The notes under the pieces were generated by a model. The model did no database searches and was not told the origin of the DNA. It saw only the letters and a program-made list of their open reading frames with translations. The position numbers were made by a program, and so were the translations under genes. From Mucisphaera calidilacus (GTDB lineage Bacteria; Planctomycetota; Phycisphaerae; Phycisphaerales; Phycisphaeraceae): DNA of 32,000 bases. The DNA lies in the NCBI RefSeq assembly GCF_007748075.1, contig NZ_CP036280.1, positions 3,180,001 to 3,212,000 of the forward strand, read 5' to 3'. Shown one piece after another: positions 8,417-15,283 of the stretch; positions within the stretch are counted from its first letter, which is position 1, and the number at the start of each line of letters is the position of its first letter.

Positions 8417-8794
8417 ATGACTGCGATGCCCCTTGTGACGGCCGAGATGTCGCCTTTGACCGAAGGCGTGATGCTGACGATTGTCGGCATGACGGTGGTC
8501 TTTGGCTCGTTGATTGTGCTGTTGTTTCTGGTGCGTCTGATTGGCGCGGCGTTGTCGGACCGTGAGAAGCCTGTGGCTGCACCGGCTGCTGCTGCGGTGT
8601 CGACGGCCCCTGCTCCGGCGTCATCGGGTGGTGTCGATGATGGTGCGTTGATTGCGGTGTTGAGTGCGGCGGCGGCGGCGGTGGTTGGTCGTCGGGTTCG
8701 CATTCAGGGTGTGCGTATGGTGACGCGTCGGGACCGAGCGTGGTCCCAGCAGGGAAGAAGATCGATCATGACCTCACACCGCCCGCAGCGTTAG
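8417..8794 (+). CDS. OadG-family small membrane subunit of the Na+-pumping decarboxylase (delta/gamma-type)
   Basis: N-terminal TM segment GVMLTIVGMTVVFGSLIVLLFLV, then an Ala/Pro-rich linker and an IAVLSAAAAAVVG segment, as in OadG/MmdD proteins. ATG at 8417 sits 8 nt after gaaggg; the track ORF starts at an upstream TTG (8414). Confidence 0.7.
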   Translation: MTAMPLVTAEMSPLTEGVMLTIVGMTVVFGSLIVLLFLVRLIGAALSDREKPVAAPAAAAVSTAPAPASSGGVDDGALIAVLSAAAAAVVGRRVRIQGVRMVTRRDRAWSQQGRRSIMTSHRPQR

Positions 8795-8829
8795 CGGGAG
8801 GTATTTGAGCTCCAACGTTGGGAACGACC

Positions 8830-9228
8830 ATGAAACTGCGGATTACTGTCGAGAACAAGACGTACGAGGTTGACGTGGAAGTCCTGGACGAGGGCGGCGT
8901 TGCTGCTGCTCCTGCCCCGGCTGCCGCTTCTGCTGCTGCTCCTGCCGCTGCGGCGGCTCCTCCGCCTCGGCCTGCTGCGGCGCCTGCTGCTCCTGCGCCG
9001 TCGGCTTCGGGTGGTGGTAACGAGATTCCGAGCCCGATCGCCGGCAACGTTCTGGACGTGAAGGTGAAGGCGGGCGACACGGTTGGTGAGAACGACGTGT
9101 TGCTGGTTCTCGAGGCGATGAAGATGGAGACGAACGTGTCTTCGCCTCGTGCGGGCACGATTGCCTCGGTGAGTGTGAGTGCTGGTGACTCGGTGCAGTC
9201 GGGTCAGGTTCTCGTGACCTTTGCATAA
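8830..9228 (+). CDS. biotin carboxyl carrier subunit of the decarboxylase
   Basis: Long Ala/Pro linker, then a biotinyl domain carrying the LEAMKMET biotinylation motif. ATG at 8830; the track ORF begins at TTG 8818. Confidence 0.85.
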   Translation: MKLRITVENKTYEVDVEVLDEGGVAAAPAPAAASAAAPAAAAAPPPRPAAAPAAPAPSASGGGNEIPSPIAGNVLDVKVKAGDTVGENDVLLVLEAMKMETNVSSPRAGTIASVSVSAGDSVQSGQVLVTFA

Positions 9229-9256
9229 ACGTGAACGTTAAAGAGCGCGGTGCTTT

Positions 9257-10747
9257 ATGAATGAGGTCCTCGAAGTCTTCCAGACGTACTTCGCCAGTTC
9301 GGGTTTTGGTCAGTTTGCCTGGCCGAACCTGATCATGATTCTGGTTGGGTGCGTGTTCATCTGGCTGGCGGTGGTGAAGGGTTTTGAGCCCTTGCTGCTG
9401 GTGCCGATTGGTTTCGGCATTCTGATCGGCAACGTGCCTTACGACACGAATTCGTTGTCGCTGAGCGTGTACGACGGCCCTGTGAGTGCGCACGACATTC
9501 ACTACTTCCAGGTTGAGTATGTTCAGTCGGAGGAAGAGTCCCGCGCGTTGGGTTACCGCCAGGTGACGTTTGTGCAGGAGGGCGAGGACAAGGAGTTGCC
9601 GCACGAGCTTCGTCACGAGGGTGATTACCTGGCGCACGAGGGTCTTGCGGTGATGGTGAACATGCACTCGCTGTTCCGGCCGCCCTCGTCGTATGACCCT
9701 GAGTTGGGTGATGCAGTGGTGGACATGGGTCAGGGTCGGGCGTTGTTTGTGTCGGACGAGGTGAAGACGTCGGACGGGAAGTACCCGCAGGTCTGGTCGC
9801 CTGAGAAGCAGGACGTGTTCAACGCGTCGATTCTGTGGTGGCTGTTCGCGGGCGTGGGTCTGGCGGGTTTTTATCCGCCTCTGATTTTCCTGGGCGTGGG
9901 CGCGTTGACGGACTTCGGCCCGATGCTGTCGAACCCGAAGACGTTGCTGCTGGGAGCGGCGGCGCAGTTCGGTATTTTCGCGGCGTTGCTGGGTGCGGTG
10001 GCGTTGGGCTTCACGAGTCAGGAAGCGGGTGCGATCGGCATCATCGGTGGTGCTGACGGGCCGACGGCGATTTTCACGTGTTCTCAGCTGGCTCCGCACC
10101 TGTTGGGCGCGGTGGCGTTGGCGGCGTATTCGTACATGGCGATGGTTCCGATCATCCAGCCGCCGATCATGAAGCTGCTGACAAGCCGGAAGGAGCGTCT
10201 GATCCGGATGGAGCAGACCAAGCCGGTGTCGAAGCGTGTGAAGATCGTGTTCCCGATCGTGTGCTTCCTTCTGACGGCGTTTATTGCTCCGGGCGGTCTT
10301 CCGCTGCTGGGCATGTTGTTCTTCGGGAATCTTCTGCGTGAGTCGATGGTGACGGAGCGTCTGGCGAAGACGGCCCAGACGACGTTCATTGACATCGTGA
10401 CGATCCTTCTGGGCGTGACGGTGGGCGCGAAGACGTCGGCGGCGAACTTCCTGACGCTTGACACGATCATGGTGTTCGTGCTGGGCATCGTGGCGTTCGG
10501 GATTGCGACGGCGACGGGTGTTCTGTTCGCGAAGCTGATGAACGTGGTCTTCACGGAGAAGGTGAACCCGTTGATCGGTGCGGCGGGCGTGAGCGCGGTG
10601 CCGATGGCGGCTCGTGTGGCGCACAAGGTGGGTCAGGACGAGGACCCGCAGAACTTCCTGCTGATGCACGCGATGGGCCCGAACGTGGCCGGCGTGATCG
10701 GCTCAGCGGTTGCGGCGGGCGTGCTGCTCAGCCAGCTGAATAACTAG
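9257..10747 (+). CDS. Na+-transporting decarboxylase beta subunit (OadB/MmdB family)
   Basis: 496 aa, polytopic. FEPLLLVPIGFGILIGN, GVGALTDFGPMLSNPKTLLLGAAAQFGIF, IGIIGGADGPTAIF, AAYSYMAMVPIIQPPIMKLLT, NPLIGAAGVSAVPMAARV and LLMHAMGPNVAGVIGSAVAAGV are hallmark OadB segments. Confidence 0.9.
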   Translation: MNEVLEVFQTYFASSGFGQFAWPNLIMILVGCVFIWLAVVKGFEPLLLVPIGFGILIGNVPYDTNSLSLSVYDGPVSAHDIHYFQVEYVQSEEESRALGYRQVTFVQEGEDKELPHELRHEGDYLAHEGLAVMVNMHSLFRPPSSYDPELGDAVVDMGQGRALFVSDEVKTSDGKYPQVWSPEKQDVFNASILWWLFAGVGLAGFYPPLIFLGVGALTDFGPMLSNPKTLLLGAAAQFGIFAALLGAVALGFTSQEAGAIGIIGGADGPTAIFTCSQLAPHLLGAVALAAYSYMAMVPIIQPPIMKLLTSRKERLIRMEQTKPVSKRVKIVFPIVCFLLTAFIAPGGLPLLGMLFFGNLLRESMVTERLAKTAQTTFIDIVTILLGVTVGAKTSAANFLTLDTIMVFVLGIVAFGIATATGVLFAKLMNVVFTEKVNPLIGAAGVSAVPMAARVAHKVGQDEDPQNFLLMHAMGPNVAGVIGSAVAAGVLLSQLNN

Positions 10748-10767
10748 CGACTAAGGAGTGCCCGATC

Positions 10768-11559
10768 GTGCTGGTGATCTGGCACGAGCAAGTGGGATCG
10801 ACGAATGACCGTGCTGCCGAGCTGGCAGAGGAGGGTCACGCGTCGCCCTTTGTGGTAGCGGCACGTCGCCAGTCCGGCGGTCGTGGTCGCGGGGGTCGCT
10901 CGTGGGTGTCGCCTGAGGGCGGTGCGTGGCTGAGTGTTGCGTGGCGTGCGGAGGATGGGTGGCCGGGCTGGGGGTTGGCTTCGCTGGCGGTGGGCGTGGC
11001 GGTTCGCGGCGTGGTGCTGGGGGTGTTGGGTGATGCTGGGGTGTCGGTGGCGATCAAGTGGCCGAATGACGTGTTGATCGGGGGGCGCAAGGTGTGCGGG
11101 GTGTTGTGCGAGCGTCCGTGGGCGGGTCGTGCGGGAGGTGACTGGCTGATCGCGGGCGTGGGTTTGAATGTCAATGTGGATGTGTCGTCGCTGGGTGATG
11201 GTTTGCGTGTGCCGGCGGTGTCGCTTGATGAGGTTGCGGGTCGTCGGCTTGACGTGGATGCCCTGGTTGAGCGGCTGGGTGGTGCGATTGTGGAGCGTCT
11301 TGAGGGGCTGGGTGCGTCGGGTGGTTCGGATCGTCTGCTTGGTGCGGTGGGTTCGTCGCTGGCCTGGCTTGGCGCATCGGTGCGGGTGACGTGTGGGGGG
11401 TCGGATCGTGCGGGTCGGTTGGTGGGTGTGGATGAACAGGGTCACCTGGTGCTGGAGGCTGGCGGCGTTCGCGAGTCGTTTTGCGCGGGTGACGTGACGT
11501 GTGTTCGGATGGATGATGCGGCGCTGGCGTCGTCGGTTACTTGTTTGAAAGGAAGCTAG
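10768..11559 (+). CDS. birA: biotin--[acetyl-CoA-carboxylase] ligase, no N-terminal HTH visible (group I type)
   Basis: 263 aa with GSTN, ARRQSGGRGRGGRSW (the GRGRxGR biotin-binding loop) and IKWPNDVLIGGRKVCGVLCE. GTG start 9 nt after aaggag. Confidence 0.85.
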   Translation: MLVIWHEQVGSTNDRAAELAEEGHASPFVVAARRQSGGRGRGGRSWVSPEGGAWLSVAWRAEDGWPGWGLASLAVGVAVRGVVLGVLGDAGVSVAIKWPNDVLIGGRKVCGVLCERPWAGRAGGDWLIAGVGLNVNVDVSSLGDGLRVPAVSLDEVAGRRLDVDALVERLGGAIVERLEGLGASGGSDRLLGAVGSSLAWLGASVRVTCGGSDRAGRLVGVDEQGHLVLEAGGVRESFCAGDVTCVRMDDAALASSVTCLKGS

Positions 11560-11563
11560 AGGC

Positions 11564-13102
11564 ATGTCGGGTAGTACGATGGACAATGGTGTATCGGTGG
11601 TTGTGGGTGAGCGTTGCCAGCGTTGTCAGGCGATCACGCAGATGACGGCTGAGGAAGCGGCGGCGATGATCCCGAACGGCGCGACGGTGGGTTTTTCGGG
11701 TTTCACGCCCGCGGGTGCTGCGAAGGCGGTTCCGTCGGCGTTGGCCGAGCGGGCGCAGGCGTTGCATGACAAGGGGGAGGAATTCGGGATTCGTGTGCTG
11801 ACGGGTGCGTCGACGGGCAAGTACCTGGACGAGGCGTTGGCGCAGGCGGGCGCGATCAACTGGCGTGCTCCGTACCAGTCGTCGGCGACGCTCCGGAAGC
11901 GGATCAACACGCAGGAGTCGCGTTTTGTTGATCTTCACCTGTCACACGTTCCGCAGATGATGGAGTTTGGTTTCTTCGGCGAGATGGATTATGCGGTGGT
12001 TGAGGCGACGGACGTGACGCACGACGGCCGGATTTATCTGAGCACGTCGGGTGGTGCTTCGCCCAGCTATCTTCGTCACGCGAAGAAGGTTTTCGTGGAG
12101 TTGAATCGTTTTCACTCGACGCGGCTGGCGGAGTGTCACGACGTGGCGATTCTTCCGCCGCCGCCGCACCGGAGTCCGATCCCCATTCATCATCCGTTGT
12201 CGAAGATGGGCACGCCTTTTGCGACGGTGGACCCGAAGAAGATCGTGGGTGTGATCGAGAACAACGCGTCGGACGGCGTAGCGCCGTTTACGCCGCCTGA
12301 CGAGGTGAGTCAGAAGATCGCGGGTCACGTGATCCGGTTCCTGCTGGACGAGATGAAGGCGGGGCGAATCCCCGCGGACTTTTTGCCGTTGCAATCGGGC
12401 GTTGGCAATGTTGCGAACGCTGTGATGGCGGGTCTTGGCGAATCGAGTGATGTTCCGCCTTTCTATATGTATTCGGAGGTGTTCCAGGACGCGTTGGTGG
12501 ACCTGATGGCCAACGGGAGTCTGCTGGGCGCTTCGTGCACGAGCCTGACGCTGAGTGACGAGCAGATGCAGCGTGTGTACAGCGACATGGACTTCTTTGC
12601 GCCGAAGATCGTGATCCGTCCGCAGGAGTTGTCGAACAACCCGGGCGTGATTCGCCGGATGGGTGTGATCGCGATCAACACGGCGATCGAGGTTGACATT
12701 TATGGTCACGCGAACTCGACGCACATCTGTGGCACGCGTCTGATGAACGGCATCGGCGGTTCGGGCGACTTCATGCGTAACGCTTACCTGTCGATTTTCG
12801 TGGCGCCGAGTGTGGCGAAGGGCGGGGCGATCTCGGCGATTGTGCCGATGGTGTCGCACTGCGACCACAGCGAGCACGATGTTCAGATCGTGGTGACGGA
12901 CCAGGGTCTTGCGGATCTTCGCGGGCTGGGCCCGATCCAGCGTGCTCACACGCTGATCGAGAACTGTGCGCACCCGGACTACCGTGCGTACCTGCACCAG
13001 TATGTGGCGGATGCGCCCTGCGGCCACCTGAAGCACGACCTGGACAAGTGCTTCGAGTTGCATCGTCGATTCATCGAGACGGGATCGATGAAGGAGGCGT
13101 GA
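11564..13102 (+). CDS. acetyl-CoA hydrolase/transferase family enzyme, likely succinate:propionyl/acetyl-CoA transferase
   Basis: 512 aa. GATVGFSGFTPAGAAKAVP, VDLHLSHVP, LQSGVGNVANAV and NGIGGSGDFMRNA match the AarC/Cat1/ScpC type. It is the last gene of the operon. Confidence 0.85.
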   Translation: MSGSTMDNGVSVVVGERCQRCQAITQMTAEEAAAMIPNGATVGFSGFTPAGAAKAVPSALAERAQALHDKGEEFGIRVLTGASTGKYLDEALAQAGAINWRAPYQSSATLRKRINTQESRFVDLHLSHVPQMMEFGFFGEMDYAVVEATDVTHDGRIYLSTSGGASPSYLRHAKKVFVELNRFHSTRLAECHDVAILPPPPHRSPIPIHHPLSKMGTPFATVDPKKIVGVIENNASDGVAPFTPPDEVSQKIAGHVIRFLLDEMKAGRIPADFLPLQSGVGNVANAVMAGLGESSDVPPFYMYSEVFQDALVDLMANGSLLGASCTSLTLSDEQMQRVYSDMDFFAPKIVIRPQELSNNPGVIRRMGVIAINTAIEVDIYGHANSTHICGTRLMNGIGGSGDFMRNAYLSIFVAPSVAKGGAISAIVPMVSHCDHSEHDVQIVVTDQGLADLRGLGPIQRAHTLIENCAHPDYRAYLHQYVADAPCGHLKHDLDKCFELHRRFIETGSMKEA

Positions 13103-13132
13103 AGCTGACGGTTTGAAGGACTGATACGAAGA

Positions 13133-13160
13133 GCCCGCGCTGAGAGGCGCGGGTTTTTTT
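13133..13160 (+). terminator. rho-independent terminator closing the plus-strand operon; it overlaps the lgt stop codon
   Basis: Stem cccgcgc (13134-13140) pairs with gcgcggg (13147-13153) across the loop tgagag, followed by seven T (13154-13160). Confidence 0.75.
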
Positions 13161-14154
13161 ATGGTTGGGTTGACCTGAGCCAGCCGCCGAGGGGTTGGGC
13201 TTGGGTGCGTTTAACGAGGATGATGATGGCGAGTCCGAGGAGGAAGAGTGCGACGGAGAGCCACTGTCCGCGGGTGATGCCGGTGATGGCGAATTCGCGG
13301 TTGAGCAGGTGTGCGTCGGGCATGCGGAAGCATTCGTTGGCGATGCGCATGAGTGCGTAGGTGCAGCAGAAGGTGCCGCCGACGATGCCCGGGGTTCGGG
13401 GTCGTGTCCAGGTGATGGCGAGTGCGATGAAGACGACGAGTCCTTCGAGGAGTGCGGCGTAGAGTTGCGAGGGGTGACGTGGTGTGAGTGCGGGTTCGAT
13501 GATGGCGATGACGTCGGCGTCGTGCTGTTGGATGTGTGCGATGGCGCGGTGTGCCCAGTTGAGTGGTGTTTCGCCGAGGTGGGGGAGTTGGCGCATGAGG
13601 GGTGTGAGTCTGGATTCGGGGTCGGCGGCCCAGTCGAGGAGTTCCTGTGGGAAGCGAACGGCGAGGGGGAAATCGGGGGGGCAGGGTCGGCCGTAGAGTT
13701 CGCCATTGATGAAGTTGGCGACGCGTCCGAGGAAGACGCCTGGGGGTCCTGCGAAGGCGATGAGGTCGAGGAGGTGGAGGAGGGGGATGTTGTGTCGTCG
13801 TGCGAAGATCCATGCGGCGGCGATAGCCCCGATCATGCCGCCGTGTGAGGCCATGCCGCCTCGGTTGATTGCGAGCGTGCTCCAGTAGGGCATGTCGCTG
13901 GTGAACTCGATGAGGAGTTTGGGGTCGTAGAAGAGGACGTAGCCGAGTCGTCCGCCGATGACGAGTCCGAGTGCGACCTGGATGATGAGGTCGGCGGCGT
14001 CGTCGGTTTTGAGGGGTGAGTTTCCGGCGTTGATAACGCGTCGGATGAGCAGGTAGGCGAGGAGGAATCCGGTGAGGTAGGCGATGCCGTACCAGCGGAT
14101 GGGGAGTCCGATGCCTGGGATGGTGAAGATGATGGGTTCGAGGGTGTGGAGCAT
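13159..14154 (-). CDS. lgt: prolipoprotein diacylglyceryl transferase
   Basis: 331 aa. IRWYGIAYLTGFLLAY, GGRLGYVLFY, GGMASHGGMIG, GRVANFINGELYGRP and HPSQLYAALLEG are Lgt signatures. Confidence 0.9.
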   Translation of the reverse strand: MLHTLEPIIFTIPGIGLPIRWYGIAYLTGFLLAYLLIRRVINAGNSPLKTDDAADLIIQVALGLVIGGRLGYVLFYDPKLLIEFTSDMPYWSTLAINRGGMASHGGMIGAIAAAWIFARRHNIPLLHLLDLIAFAGPPGVFLGRVANFINGELYGRPCPPDFPLAVRFPQELLDWAADPESRLTPLMRQLPHLGETPLNWAHRAIAHIQQHDADVIAIIEPALTPRHPSQLYAALLEGLVVFIALAITWTRPRTPGIVGGTFCCTYALMRIANECFRMPDAHLLNREFAITGITRGQWLSVALFLLGLAIIILVKRTQAQPLGGWLRSTQP

Positions 14155-14236
14155 GGGGGTATTAGAACAACTCAGGCAGAGAGGGTCGGCGGGGATTATG
14201 ATAAGTTGAACTATAGTTGATTATTGCGGAGGCGTG

Positions 14237-15070
14237 ATGTCGGTTGAGACCCATCGAAAATCACACTATTACTTCGTTGATGAGTCGGGCGTGCCGGATA
14301 TCTGGGGTCGTCGCAAGAACGATCTTGTGATCGACAACCCGGCTTCACGCTTCTTCCTGATCGGTTTAGTTGAGATCAAGGATGTCACGACGGTATCCAA
14401 CGCGATCGACCATCTCAGGGCGATGCTTCTCAGGGATCCACGGTTCAGCACCATCCCATCCCTTGACGTCAGCAAGCGTAAGACGGCGGTTGAGTTTCAC
14501 GCGAAGAATGATCACCCAAGAGTGCGTGAGCGTGTCTTTACGCTTCTTTGTCAAGCGTTTCACAACATCCGGTACTCTGCTGTTGTGCGTGACAAGCGGC
14601 GTGTTCGCTCCATCGTCGAGGCGATGAAAACCATCGATCCGACGTACCGCTATCACCCCAACAGCTTGTATGACGCTCTGGTCCGGCGCTTGTTCAATGG
14701 AAGGCTTCACTTCGAGGGGAGTCGATACACGGTTTATTTTGCACAGCGTGGAAAGTCTGATCGTCAGGCCGCGTTGCTTTCGGCTTTGGAGAATGCCCAG
14801 AGAGACTACGAGCAGTACGCGGGTCTGGACGAAACCGAGCCATCCATACGTTTCGTGTCGGGATATCCCAGACAGTATCAGGGGTTACAGGTTGTTGACT
14901 ACTTCAACTGGGCCCTTCAACGCTTTTACGAGCGTGATGACAACCATTACTGGAAGCGGTTGTGGGATGCTGGAAAGGTCAGGTGTGTGATCGATCCTGA
15001 TGCGACTGGTCGCTACCGGGAGGGTGAGATTTACACCGCGTCTAACCCTCTCACTGGCGAGTTCAACTGA
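14237..15070 (+). CDS. DUF3800-like protein
   Basis: N-terminal YYFVDESG, a central EFHAKNDHP, and a C-terminal GLQVVDYFNWAL. From memory these match the three conserved acidic/His motifs of DUF3800 (DESG ... H..D ... Q..AD). ATG at 14237 sits 4 nt after ggagg; the track ORF starts at GTG 14234. Confidence 0.65.
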   Translation: MSVETHRKSHYYFVDESGVPDIWGRRKNDLVIDNPASRFFLIGLVEIKDVTTVSNAIDHLRAMLLRDPRFSTIPSLDVSKRKTAVEFHAKNDHPRVRERVFTLLCQAFHNIRYSAVVRDKRRVRSIVEAMKTIDPTYRYHPNSLYDALVRRLFNGRLHFEGSRYTVYFAQRGKSDRQAALLSALENAQRDYEQYAGLDETEPSIRFVSGYPRQYQGLQVVDYFNWALQRFYERDDNHYWKRLWDAGKVRCVIDPDATGRYREGEIYTASNPLTGEFN

Positions 15071-15110
15071 TTTGCCCCCCCGCACCTATAAAAATAGCTG
15101 AGGAAGCTAG

Positions 15111-15136
15111 GGTCTCCTGGCTGCAAGGCCAAGACC
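15111..15136 (+). other. imperfect hairpin downstream of the DUF3800-like gene (no U-tract)
   Basis: GGTCT-cc-TGGC-tgcaag-GCCA-AGACC, 41 nt after the stop at 15070. Confidence 0.4.
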
Positions 15137-15201
15137 ACACGGCACGGGGCCGGCGTTCGCTTCATCAGCTGTTAGAAGTCTAATCGGCAATCATCGATCG
15201 T

Positions 15202-15218
15202 CAATCCAACTTGGATTG
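15202..15218. repeat. perfect 8-bp inverted repeat (caatccaa c ttggattg)
   Basis: Read directly from the sequence. It lies in the non-coding stretch between the DUF3800-like gene and the rnr 3' end. Function unknown. Confidence 0.8.
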
Positions 15219-15283
15219 AAACCTGATGATTCACCCGACCATTTGACACGAGGATCAGCCTTAAGCTGTCTTCAGGCAATTAC

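Larger units (their letters stand above)
14155..15283. other. compositionally foreign islet (lower GC, no G/C skew) between lgt and rnr
   Basis: Spot counts give G20/C15 for 14281-14340 and G18/C16 for 14581-14640, against about 3:1 G:C in flanking DNA. The flanks are AT-rich. I found no integrase, tRNA or flanking direct repeat. Confidence 0.6.

Noticed and set aside
8887-9010. C/T-rich repetitive DNA (gct/cct/gcg runs) that locally breaks the skew
   Set aside because: It encodes the Ala/Pro-rich flexible linker typical of biotin carrier proteins, so it is not an independent repeat element.
6698-13063. Long minus-strand ORFs 6698..8383, 8843..10669, 10744..11586 and 11942..13063
   Set aside because: All lie antisense to recognisable plus-strand operon genes and encode Arg/His/Thr/Gln-rich nonsense. 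They are artefacts of the strand skew.
15195-15245. tRNA or tRNA fragment as an integration target beside the DUF3800 islet
   Set aside because: The minus strand reads ggtttcaatcc, which resembles a T-loop. The flanking bases cannot form a T-stem, and no acceptor or anticodon arms are evident.
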